NCBI GenBank assembly: GCA_051362555.1
Contig: CM120640.1
Location: 8,060,001 to 8,124,000, forward strand
Length of the DNA stretch: 64,000 nucleotides
Direction: 5' to 3'
Source: Lingula anatina
Lineage: Eukaryota > Animalia > Brachiopoda
Shown: positions 38,159 to 50,884 of the stretch, piece after piece
Position numbering within the stretch: the stretch's first letter is position 1
How the letters are laid out: every line of letters starts with the position of its first letter
The notes under the pieces: generated by a model
What the model was told of the DNA's origin: nothing
What the model saw: the letters and a program-made list of their open reading frames with translations, nothing else
Database searches by the model: none
Position numbers and translations under genes: made by a program

Positions 38159-40447
38159 TTTTTCATTTTCAAAATTCTAATATCTTAAGAAAATTGAGAT
38201 ACGTCATTGTTTCATTTCGGTTTGATATGCAGTTTTGACAGATTTGAATTTAGGCTTAAAAATGATAAAACCCAAGTAATTTGTCAATTTTTTCATAATT
38301 TTTCTCATGTACATAAAAAAAACAATCGCAAATAGAATCTGTAGTTTAATACTTAACTCACAACGTACATTTAAAAGAATACCATAACTTTGGCGGATCT
38401 TCTACTTAGCTAAGACAAGGGGAACAAGATAAAAAATCAGAGCGAAGCGGACGAAATTTTTACTATTATATTTAGGAAATATGGATGGAAATTCAAAAAT
38501 AAGTTCGTTTTATTACGTTACATTTCGGAATTTTGTTTTAAGGGAGGGAGAAGGAGACGCATGGACCCCTAATTAAGAAGTAATGCTTGCTGCCCACCCC
38601 CTCCCCCCGCCGATGCATTGTAAAGTTCATACCGTACAACAATTAATGGAATACAGACGCAGATAGGATAACTGTCACAGGTGCCAGTAATTTCTGTCCG
38701 ATGGAAGATGAAATGAACAAGTTTGTAGAATTTTAGTCATTTATTTACGTAAATGAGACTTCCATGTATAGTGCAAGACAGAAAACGTGATTGAGATTCA
38801 AATTTGGATTGTCATAATTTTTTACTTGTACTTAAAAAACACGACGAATTGATGGAAAATGCTACTCAAGGATTACTCGCCAATTAAATTTTAAATTAAA
38901 TTTCTTTTTACATAATGTGCAGAGTATACACATCATATAACCTTGGCGGATCAAGGAGTTTGCTTGGGCAGCGGTATAAGGATAAAATATCCGAGCAATG
39001 TGAAGCAAATATACAAAACTGAACGAAAATTTTACTACAATACGGAATGGATGGAATGGTAAAGAAAATTTGTTTTTTTTAATTGCCCCGTATTCTGTGA
39101 GAGTGAGAAGTGTGATACCTTCGAAACTTACAACGAAGTAGTTGCATGCTACCCCACCCCCTCTCAGTATTCCAATATCTTTACTTCAGTGAAAATTTCT
39201 TGCCATAGAATGATTGATAGAATATTCACACAGGTAGGATAACAGGCAGGAGTAGCAGTAAATTCTGCTATTTAGAGATGAGAAGACCATATTTTACTCT
39301 TGTATCAATTATGTACATAATGCAACAAAAGGGCGGGTACATGTACTATATTTAATTGATGGAATTGATTGAACACTGGCGTACGCAGGATTTCGTTAAA
39401 TGATGGAAAGACAAAGGGATAGGGGAAAATTATTGCCCCTGAGTAAAATATAAAACATTAGATGAGAATAATTTTGTAATATGCTATGTCAGGCACAATC
39501 ATGAAAGACAGTCTCTTATGTCTTTTTTGTTCGTTATAATACTGTTTTTCGGGGGGGGGGGATGGAAACGGGATAAAAGCGGATGCCTAAGAAGCTTGGG
39601 GGGGGGGGGGGTGCCGGGAGAGCAGGTACCCGATGTGCCTTCCCCTTTAACCAACATAGTTTTTACATTTTACTACACTAATAGGTGCAAAATTGGGAGA
39701 AAGGGGTAATGTGCAGCTCCTAAATACAAACTGGTCTTTGGGATATAGTGCAAGACAAAACGTAATTCAGAATGAATTATGGCCTGTCATAGACCTTTCT
39801 TTATTAGTTATTCTTAGTGCATCAATTGCTTAAATAAAGTGTTCCAATTTCACAAATATATGTCACTCTTCAAAATTTCAATTTCAATGTGCTTGTTCAC
39901 AGGAGAAATCCTTTGGACTATAATCTCCTGAATTTTATATTTTAGTAGACAGCTGATTTAAAAACTTGTTTTCAACTTAAACAACAGCGTTAAACAGATA
40001 AAGAACGCACAATATAGTGTAATTGTTAGTAATATGTGCATGAAAATTTTAAGAAACATCGAATTGCCCTTTTCTGATAGAATAAACTTCAAAAATCTAG
40101 CTGGTGGTACGTTTGTACTATATCTTATACTATATATGGTCCACAAAAAGCCTAGAGTATTAAGCCTGATAATCTTCACCTTTTCTTGACAAATACGTAA
40201 AAGTTATAAAAACTTATATAAAATAAACAAAGTTAGTGTATAAAAGTATAAAAAGTAAGTATAAAAAGTCTTAAACCAAAAATTCAAACTATAAAATAAT
40301 CAAAAATAAAAGAGATTTGATATCTCTAGAGTAGACCATCCGTTTCTGTATGTCATCGAATTTATAAATAAAGATCCGTAACGAGCTGCAAAATGCCTAG
40401 TGCTACCAAAGTCAAAATACGTCTTTGAAATTTCGACTCGCTTGTGA

Positions 40448-42412
40448 TTAGAAAAGAAAAATGTCTGAGTTGTTGACCGAAAAAATATGGAAAAATGCCA
40501 ACATGCAGTCTTTAAATTCTTCCGTAATTTCTTGAAGGTTATACAGGGCCAGTTGAGTATAGACTGAAGTGACAAAGTCTGATAGCTTTTGTGGTCTGAC
40601 AAACTTCACCTGAAGTGCGAGGGAGTGGTTACCGGCGATTTCTGTGTTAAAGTTGGACAGCTGCAAAATTAGAGAAAAAAATTTATAAAGTATATCAGTT
40701 AAGGGTTTTTGTTCTTACACTTTTTTACATTAGTTGGTGAATAAAACCTTAGTTACGTGATACTTGACGACTCTTTTTCGTACAATTCTCATCATTTTCA
40801 TGTATCATTTCAATATAAAACTATTCAAATTAATGCGTAGCAGCACACAGTGCACTTGTTTCTTCATACTGACTTATAAAACTACGTTATCTATTTGCTT
40901 ACATTTTATCCTTATTTCAATTTATATTAAAACTTAAAATATTTTTTCTCTTTTTCATTATACTCACCGTTCTTCGAAGAAAAAACATGGAATCGTTCAC
41001 ACTTTTCATGACGTCACCAAGACTGGTGCAGTAAAAGCTGTTGTCGTCATTGATTGTGCCACACTGGTAGTTGTCGGTGGGACAGCCAGATTTGGAGTTA
41101 CACAGTCGACGATACTCCAGCATAGACACATTGCCAAGAACTAACTTGTAAGCGGTAAGATCATGGTGAAAACTGTTCAAAGCCACCTAAAACAAAAAAG
41201 CCATTTTATAGATATTGTAAGTTCAAAACTTAAAGCATAAAATGTATAAAGACTTAGGCCTACTATCTTCTGAGCGTTATCAATTTTCCAAGTAAAGATC
41301 TGAGAGTTACATCAGGTACTAAAACGTTACATGATAACAGCTACCATTGCCTATTTAGACATTTTCAAATAAAATTTAATTTAGATATATATTTGAATAA
41401 GGTAAAATTTGCAAAATAGTAAAGTAAAAACAGGTAGTCCTAAAAACTTACTGCAAGAGCTTCTACTTCTCCTTCCAAGTATTTTGTCTTTGTTTGAATG
41501 TAGAGCTTGGCACACGTGTTTCTAGGAAAGTACCAGCCTCCTAATTTGCCAGGATCCGCAGTTTTGGGGTCGATATTTGTATAAGGTGCAACTCGTGGCT
41601 GGTTCACCTGCATAAAATGATACTGTTGTCTCGATTTGTCGAATTCAAATCAAAATATTTAAGCACAGATCTGTTCATATTCTAATGTGGATAATTTGCT
41701 TTCTGAGAATGACTAAAATACATGAGAAATATTCAGTGAATTTTACTGTCTTGTAAAAATAGAAGGGAGACGAGTGATAAAATCAGTACATGTAAGTGTC
41801 AGTTTAAGTTAATCAAGACTTACAGTCAGACAATATATTGTATATGCATAAAACATTACTTTTCTACCCAGTACTTTACTTCGCAGTATTAAGAACCCAT
41901 GTTCACTCACATAAGTTTGGTAACTGCTCTGTGTCACAGTGTACAAATTTATCTGGGACCTGATCAGCCGGGTGAGATTCCCTTTAAGAAACTCCATTAA
42001 CGTCGGGTTCATGTAGTTGACGGGTCTTTGGCAGGAAGAATCAAGGCCAGTTACCAATGGAATATTGGTCCGGGCAGGATAATGCCAGTTTAGGTTTGTC
42101 ATATGGTCAGCAGTCGGTAGGGGGTGGATTGTTGTGCTTGATTCAACAATCGCCAAGGCAAATAAAACGGCAGCAGTTCCTTGGAAGACAATCAGACAAG
42201 ATATCAAAGTTTGGAGATTAAAATTGCTCAATTAAAACTTTTGTCTGTTGGTCTTAATGCCACAGACTCACTTAAATTTAAGATGCAAAGGAATCTTATG
42301 ACCTGATTGATTTTAGCGAATCCAGTTATGGATCCCTGCATTTATCAAAAACCAATTCATCATTCAATTTCTTCAATATTCACTCACCTGTTAGGCTGAG
42401 TTTGAAATCCAT
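40448..42412 (-). CDS. Gene D3: secreted helical cytokine-like protein, 293 aa (tandem copy 3)
   Basis: Exons 42412-42388, 42179-41911 (AAG acceptor), 41607-41452, 41186-40968 and 40660-40448; frame intact. Confidence 0.85.
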
Positions 42413-42487
42413 TTTCTTTGCAATGTGCTGTCGTATTGTAGGTGATTTAAACTTGTATGAAATTAACGATCAGATTTTCTTCGTACG

Positions 42488-42622
42488 CTTTTATACAATT
42501 GTTACCCATCTTAAGACGCTATTTTGATCACAACAAAAATATTAGAATATTTTGGGTATCCACTTACCATCTTATTTAGATACCTCCGAAACAATAAGAT
42601 GGGAATTTCCAACGCTGACGTA
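42488..42622 (-). promoter_or_regulatory. D3 promoter: TATA box, consensus NF-kB site and CRE-like site
   Basis: TATAAAAG at 42495-42488; GGGAATTTCC at 42601-42610; TGACGTA at 42616-42622. Confidence 0.7.
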
Positions 42623-45047
42623 TTATAATAAGTTTATAAGTCACGGTTTAAAGATCGTAATGTATTGTAAAGGGACAGGCTAAGAAATCATTGATATCAG
42701 TATTCATGCCTACTTCCGCCACTTTAGCTGAACAAATACCGCAAGTAAAATCTCTTTGTTTTCCTCCTTGAGCTCTTTTTAAAATTGCAGTAAATAGGCA
42801 AAATAGTTTCGACTTATGGTTTTATTTATTTATTTATTTATTTTTCATTTTCAAAATTTTAATATCTTAAGAAAATTGAGATACGTCATTGTTTCATTTC
42901 GGTTTGATATGCAGTTTTGACAGATTTGAATTTAGGCTTGCAAATGATAAAACCCAAGTAATTTGTCAAATTTTTTCATAATTTTTCTCATGTACGTAAA
43001 AAAAACAATCGCAAATAGAATCTGTAGTTTAAGACTTAACTCACAACGTACATTTAAAAGAATACCATAACTTTGGCGGATCTTCTACTTAGCTAAGATA
43101 AGGGGAACAAGATAAAAAATCAGAGCGAAGCAGACGAAATTTTTACTATTATATTTAGGAAATATGGATGGAAAAATAAGTTCGTTTATCACGTTACATT
43201 TCGGAATTTTGTTTTAAGGGAGGGAGAAGGAGACGCATGGACCCCTAATTAAGAAGTAATTCTTGCTGCCCACCCCCTCCCCCCGCCGATGCATTATAAA
43301 GTTCATACCGTACAACAATTAATGGAATACAGACGCAGATAGAATAACTGTCACAGGTGGCAGTAATTTCTGTTCGATGAAAGATGAAATGAACAAGTTT
43401 GTAGCACTTTAGTCATTTATTTACGTAAATGAGACTTTCATGTATAGTGCAAGACAGAAAACTAGATTGAGATTCAAATTTGGCTTGTCATAATTTTTTA
43501 CTTGTACTTAAAAAACACGACGAATTGATGGAAAATGCTACTCAAGGATTACTCGCCAAGCGAATTTTAATTAAATTTCTTTTTACATAATGTGCAGAGT
43601 ATACACATCATATAACCTTGGCGGATCAAGGAGTTTGCTTGGACAGGGGTATAAGGATGAAATATCCGAGCAATGTGAAACAAATATACAAAACTGAACA
43701 AAATTTTTACTACGATATGGAATGGATGGAATGGTAAAGAAAATTTGTTTTTTTTTTAATTGTCCCGCATTCCGTAAGCGTGAGAAGTGTGATACCTTCG
43801 AAACTTACAACGAAGTAGTTGCATGCTACCCCCCCCCCCCCCCTCCTCAGTATTCCAATATCTTTACTTCAGTGAAAATTTCTTGCCATAGAATGATTGA
43901 TAGAATATTCAAACAGGTAGGAAAACAGGCAGGAGTAGCAGTAAATTCTGCTATTTAGAGATGAGAAGACCATGTTTTACTCTTGTATCAATTATGTACA
44001 TGATGCAACAAAAGGGCGGGTACTATGTTCAATTGATGGAATAACACTGGCGTACGCAGGATTTCGCTAAATGATGGAAGGACAAAGGGATAAGGGAAAA
44101 TTTCATTGCACTGGGTAAATTAGATGAGAATAATTTTGTAATATGCTATGTCAGGCACAATCATGAAGGGGGGGATGGAAACGGGATAAAAGCGGATGCC
44201 TAAGAAGCTGGGGGGTGCCGGGAGAGCAGGTACCCGATGTGCCTTCCCCTGTAACCAACATTGTTTTTACAGTTAACTACACTAATAGGTGCAAAATTGG
44301 GAGAAAGGGGTAATGTGCAGCTCCTAAATACAAACTGGGCTTTGGGATATAGTGCAAGACAAAACGTAATTCAGAATGAATTATGGCCTGTCATAGATCT
44401 TTCTTTATTATTTATTTTTAGTGCATCAATTGCTTAAATAAAGTGCTCCAATTTCACAAAAATATGTCACTCTTCAAAATTTCAATTTCAATGTGCTTGT
44501 TCACAGGAGAAATCCTTTTCTATAATCTCCTGAATTTTATATTTTAGTAGACAGCTGATTTAAAAACTTGTTTTCAACTTAAACAACAGTGTTAAACAGA
44601 CAAAGAACGCACAGTATAGTGTAATTGTTAGTAATATGTGCATAAAAATTTTAAGATACATCGAATTGCCCTTTTCAGTTAGAATAAACTTCAAAAATCT
44701 AGCTGGTGGTACATTTGTACTATATCTTATACTATATATGGTCCATTAAAAGCCTAGAGCATTATACCTGATAATCCTAACCTCTTCTTGACAAATACGT
44801 AAAAGTTATAAAAACTTATATAAAATAAAAAAGTTAGTGTATAAAAGTATAAAAAGTAGGTATAAAAAGTCTTAAACCAAAAATTCAAACTATAAAATAA
44901 TCAAAAAGTAAAATAGATATCATGTCTAGAGCAAAACATCTGTTTCTGTTTGTCATCGAATTTATAAATAAAGAACCGCAATGAGTTGCAAAATGCCTAG
45001 TGCTACCAAAGTAAAAATACATCTTTGAAATTTAGACTCACTTGCGA

Positions 45048-46955
45048 TTAAAATAGAGAAATGTCTGAGTTGTTGACCGAAAAAATATGGAAAAATGCCA
45101 ACATGCAGTCTTTAAATTCTTCCGTAATTTCTTGAAGGTTATACAGGGCCAGTTGAGTAGGCCCTATAGACTGAAGTGACAAAGCCTGATAGCTTTTGTG
45201 GTCTGACAAACTTCACCTGAAGTGCGAGGGAGTGGTTACCGGCGATTTCTGTGTTAAAGTTGGACAGCTGCAAAATAAGAGAAAAGATTTATAACGTAGG
45301 CCTATATCAGTTAAGGATTTTTGTTTTTACACTTATTTTACATTAGTTGGTGAATAAAACCATAGTTAAGTGATACTTGATGACTCTTTTACGTACAATT
45401 CTCATAATTTCCATGTTTCATTTCAATATTTAACAAATCGTTATAACACGTAGCAGCACACAGTGCATGTGCTTCTTTGATAGTGACATAAAAAACTGCT
45501 GTCTAAATGCTCACATTTTATCCTTGTTCCAATTTATATTACAACTCTTCGTCGTTACTTCTTCCATAAAATATTTTTTCTCTTTATCATTCTACTCACC
45601 GTTCTTCGAAGAAAAAACATGGAATCGTTCACACTTTTCATGACGTCACCAAGACTGGTGCAGTAAAAGCTGTTGTCGTCATTGATTGTGCCACACTGGT
45701 AGTTGTCGGTGGGACAGCCAGATTTGGAGTTACACAGTCGACGATACTCCAGCATAGACACATTGCCGAGAACTAACTTGTAAGCGGTAAGATCATGGTG
45801 AAAACTGTTCAAAGCCACCTAAAATAAAATGTCACTTTATAGAAACAAAGTTTAAATATTTTGAAGCATATACACAATTCCTACCATTGCATGTTATAAA
45901 TCCTTAAAAGTTTCAATGATTATATTGAAATAATGTACATTACGAAATTATACAATAGAAACGGCTAATACATGGTCCTTAGAATTTACCGCAAGAGCTT
46001 TCACTTCTCCTTCCAAGTATTTTGTCTGTGTTTGAATGAAGAGCTTGGCACACGTGTTTCTAGGAAAGTACCAGCCTCCTAATTTGCCAGGATCCGCAGT
46101 TTTGGGGTCGATATTTGTATAAGGTGCAACTCGTGGCTGGTTCACCTGCATAAAATGATACTGTTGTCACAATTTGTCGAAGCGAAATCAAAATATCTAC
46201 GCACGGATCTGACCAGATTCTAATTTGAATCTTTAGCCTTCTGAGGATTACATTTAGGTCTACATCATGTCTGAAATACATTAGAAACAGCCAGTAATCC
46301 TTACTGTCATGTAAAATTAGGAGGGAGATGAAAGTGATAGAATCAGTAAGTATATGTAGGTGTCAATTTAAGCCACCATCAGACGACATATTGTATATAA
46401 CATTTAGCATTACTATTCTACCCTGTAGTTGATAATTCACAGAATTAAGAATCCATGTTTACTCACGTAAGTTTGGTAACTGCTCTGTGTCACAGTGTAC
46501 AAATTTATCTGGGACCTGATCAGTCGGGTGAGATTCCCTTTCAAAAATGCCATCAATGTCGGGTCCATGTAGTCAACGTTTCTTTGGCAGGAAGAATCGA
46601 CGTTAGTTACCAATGGACTATTGGTCCGTGCAGGATAATGCCAGTTTAGGTTTGGGATATTGTCAGCAGTCGGTAGGGGTCGGAATGTAGTGCCTGATCC
46701 AACACCCGCCAAGGCAAATATGATGGCAAAATTTCCTAAGAAAAAAGTCAGACATGTTAACAAAGTTTTGCGATTAAATTTGTCTAATTAAAACTATTCT
46801 CAGTTAGTCCAAATGCCACAAACTGAAATAAAGTTGCAAAATAAATCTCAAATCTCTAATCGAGCCCTGCATTTATCAAAACCAAATGTACCATTCAATT
46901 TCTTCGATAAAACCGGAAGAAAAGTTCACTCACCTGTTATGCTGAGTTTGAAAAA

Positions 46956-46958
<3 letters not shown>
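45048..46958 (-). pseudogene. Gene D4: tandem copy 4, frameshifted in the last exon (C-terminal helix lost)
   Basis: Exons 46958-46934, 46735-46467, 46145-45990, 45818-45600, then from 45267. A 7-nt insertion GGCCCTA (45160-45166) gives ..TSVYRAYSTGPV* with the stop at 45141-45139. Confidence 0.8.
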
Positions 46959-46999
<41 letters not shown>

Positions 47000-48119
47000 A
47001 ATGCGCTGTCGTATGGTAGACGATTTAAACTTTAAACTCATCAAATTAGCGATCGGATTTACTTCTTACGCTTTTATACAAATGTTACCCATCTTAAAGC
47101 GCTATTTTGATCTCAACCAAAATATTAAAATATTTTGGTATCCACTTCCATTTGGACATCCTATTGAAACAATAAGATGGGAATTTTCATCGCTGACGTA
47201 TTGTATAACGCTGACATTTTAGTAGCTAATAAGTAACAGTTTAAAGATGGTAATGTCTCATATACCGGGTATTGTAAAAGGACAGGCTAAGAAATCAATG
47301 GTATCATTATTCAAACCTACATCCGCCACTTCAACAAATACTGCAGGTATAATTTCTTTGTTTTCCTCCTTGAGCTCTTTTTAAAATTGCATTAAATTAG
47401 CTAAGTAGTTTCGACTTTTGGTTTTTCATTTATTTTTTAAAAGTTTAATATCTTAATATCTTAAGAAAATTGAAATATGTTATTGTTTCCTATCGGTTTG
47501 GTCTGCAGTTTTAATGGATGTGAATTTTGGTTTAGAAATGATAAAACCCAAGTAATTTGTCTACTAGTTTTTCATAATTTTTCCCATCGAAAAAACAAAC
47601 AATCCTAAATAGAATCCGCAGTTTATTACATAACGCATAAAGTGCATTAAAAGGAAATGCCATAACCTTGGAGGATCTTTTACATTGGTAAGACAAGGGG
47701 AAAAAATAAAAAAATCCGAGCCAACCGGGCGAAATTTTTACTAAAATATTTAGGAAATATGGATGTAAAAATTACTTCGTTTTTTCACATTTCATTCGGT
47801 ATGTTGTTTTTGTGGTGTGAGAAGGACACGTGTGTACCCCTGTGAAAGAAGTGGTGCCTGTTACCCGACCCACTCCTCCCACCTTACTGCATTGAAAAGT
47901 TCATACCGCACAATAACTGACAGAATGCAGACGCAGATAGGAAAACTGTTATAAGTTGCAGTAATTTCTGCCTATTAAGAGAGGGCATTTTGCCTCCCTC
48001 ATTTACGTATATGAGACTGCCACTAAAGAGCAAGACAGAAAACACGTGAGGTTCAAATTTGGCTTGTCATAATTTCTCACTTGGACTTTACAAAACACGA
48101 CGAAGCGATGGCAGATGCA

Positions 48120-49507
48120 ATACTTCTCCTTCCAAGTATTTTGTCTGTGTTTGAATGAAGAGCTAAGCACACTTGTCTCTAGGAAAATACCAGCCAGGAT
48201 TCACATTTTTGGGGTTGATATTCGTACAAGGTGCAGCTCGCGGCTGATTCACCTCCATAAAATAATGCTATTTTTATCACTTTTTATTACTTTGGCGAAG
48301 CGAAATCAAAATATTTCCGCACGGATCTGACCAGATTCTAATTTTGATCTTTCTTCTTCTGATGATTACATTTACCACAAGTCTGAAATACATTAGAAAT
48401 GCCCAGGAGGCTTATAAAAATAGGAGGGAGACGAAAGGGAGAGAATCAGTAAATTAGAGTAAATCTAAGATAAAGAAGAGTTACCATCAGACATTATATT
48501 GTATATTACATAAAGTAAAGAATTATTGTTCTACCCAGTAGTTTATTTCATAGTATTAAGAATCCATGTTCCCTCACTATCTACTGTAGTTGCCAGTCTC
48601 AGGCATGATCTTTTAAGATTAAAATTCTCAGACAAGATATCAAAAGTTAAGGGTTAAATTAAAACATTTTACTCTAGAGTAGATATATTCTTAAGTCTGC
48701 CTAAGTTCTACAGGAACATTTGAGGAAATTTTGATTTTATTATAGGTGTTCATGACCTGGACACAATGGACAGGGGTTCCTAATTATTTGTTGCTTTATG
48801 TGTGTAAATACGCTTCTTAATTTGCATCACAGATGGTCTTGTCTTTTCTAATTGTAGTCCTGCTGAAAAGTAATATAGCGAAGGTTGTATGTATAGGCCT
48901 AAATGTTAAAAATGACCTATTGCACACAATGCATTTGATTTTCTCTTTAAAATAGTCATAACCTCTCCAAAACAAGTTGCGAAAAAATCTCATAGCCTAA
49001 TCAATCCTATCGAACTCAATTACATCTATCAAAAAACAAATTATTTTTCAATAAAATTAGAATCGCATCCACTCTCCTGTTATGCTGAGGTGAAAAATAT
49101 TTTGTTGTTCTTCGCAGTGAACAGTCATATCATATAAAGGACTTCTATCATAACTTACTCATTTTAACGATTTGATTTCCTTCTTACCCTTTTATACTTT
49201 TGTTGCACATCCTAGATGCTATTTTGATCTCAACCAAAATATAAGAATATTTTACATCCAATTTATACATCTTATCGTAACAATAAAATGGGGATTTTTA
49301 GCCTTGACGTACATGTATCCTGTAACGTTGATATAACAGTAGTTAATAAGTAACAGATTCAAGGTGGTAACGTGTTATATACTGCATACGCACAGGTATT
49401 AATATCACAGATATGAGTATTCAAACTTAGCTGAACAGACACTGGTAAGTCAATTCCTTTGTGCTTTTCTCCTTGTAACTTTTCTAGGATTGCAGCAAAA
49501 TAGTTTC

Positions 49508-49545
<38 letters not shown>

Positions 49546-49560
49546 TGTTTCATATATTTT
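48120..49560 (-). pseudogene. D5: degraded relic of the D gene (exon 3, exon 1 and promoter remnants)
   Basis: 48120-48265 aligns with exon 3 with deletions. Exon 2 is nearly all deleted (about 48550-48660). The exon 1 remnant (about 49070-49100) has ATG changed to ATA and the donor GT changed to GA. TATA, kB and CRE remnants lie at 49190-49315. No exons 4-5. Confidence 0.8.
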
Positions 49561-50814
49561 CATTTTGATTTCTGATGGTAAATTGAATACGTCAGGATGT
49601 AGACGTAGGTTTCTAAAGGCAAAATTGTCAAAGCTTAATTAGCTTGTATTACTTTTCAGTTGGGCATTTTTACAAATCGCAACCTTCGCCATATTACTTT
49701 TCAGCAGGACATTTTTACAAAACGCAACGATCGCAAGTGCAGTCTGAGGATTTATTGTCTGATTAATTAACCGTTAAGTTTCTTTTCACGACAAGCAGAT
49801 GGCAGGAGGAAACAACATAACCCAGGCAGATCCAGCACTATGCCAAGACAGGGGCACAAAGATAAAGGAAAAAACTGACCGAATCGAGGCAAATATTCAA
49901 GAATAAAGATGTTATTTTACGATAATATGTGTGAAACTGGGATTTTAAAAAATTGCTTGGTTTGTTCTCTGAGTATGACTAGCAAAAGGAGGCCAAACCA
50001 CACATTTTTCCATCATTGTGCCCTGCAAATTACAGTGACATTGTCCACATGCAACTACAAGGCAAATTTTCTATACCAGTGCCCCTCATCCCAAATCCTG
50101 TATCCACTACTGTAGTAGTACCTACCATCAAATTTATATAGGTCCTCGTCCGTTGAATAACATATAGGGAGGGAGAAGGGGAAGAAGCAGTTACGCCCAA
50201 AGCTAAGGTGGGCTGCTGCCCCCCCCCCCCTTGATCCATTACAACATAACCCTACTGCACTGAAAAGTGTGTTTGTAAATATGGTAGTAGAGGCAGATCC
50301 TTGTTCGTAATTTGGTGAGTATGACATTTGAAACATTTACCATCTTTTCCTTTCCACAGAATGAATCATGAAGTAAAGGTTATATTTAGGCATATTCCCC
50401 GTTTTTTAACAATCTGTTTTACGATTGTAACGAAAATGTCTTGAAGTCCAATAAAACTCATAAGCAGGAAATTGATCTGAAAAGAGACCGCAAAGAAAAC
50501 ACTGATACATGTAGCTTAGAAGGTTCATGTCCTTTTGAAAATGAGACACAGAGAAATAACGTTAATTGAACTCTATTACTTGCAAATAGCACCGATCAGA
50601 CAAAAACAGAATAGCAAAATAAGTTGGTGGTGACAGTGAACCAATGTGCTGCGGGCCTGAGTATCCTGGGTTTTGTAAACTTGGTGTTATTGGCCATATT
50701 CCAATGCTTTAGAGAAGTCAAGATGTCTAGACATTTTTACTCAACTATCGCAATTGTTAGTCCGATTTTATCCTAATGCCTGTGAATGGTGCACTTGAGG
50801 ATCTCATGCACAAA

Positions 50815-50815
50815 A

Positions 50816-50883
<68 letters not shown>
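50815..50883. repeat. (CT)n(CA)n compound microsatellite
   Basis: Directly visible. Confidence 0.95.

Positions 50884-50884
<1 letters not shown>

Larger units (their letters stand above)
29679..49560 (-). repeat. Tandem segmental array, about 4.6-5.4 kb per unit, four full units plus one partial
   Basis: Exon 4 starts at 30478, 35758, 41186 and 45818; intergenic spacers also align between units. Confidence 0.95.
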
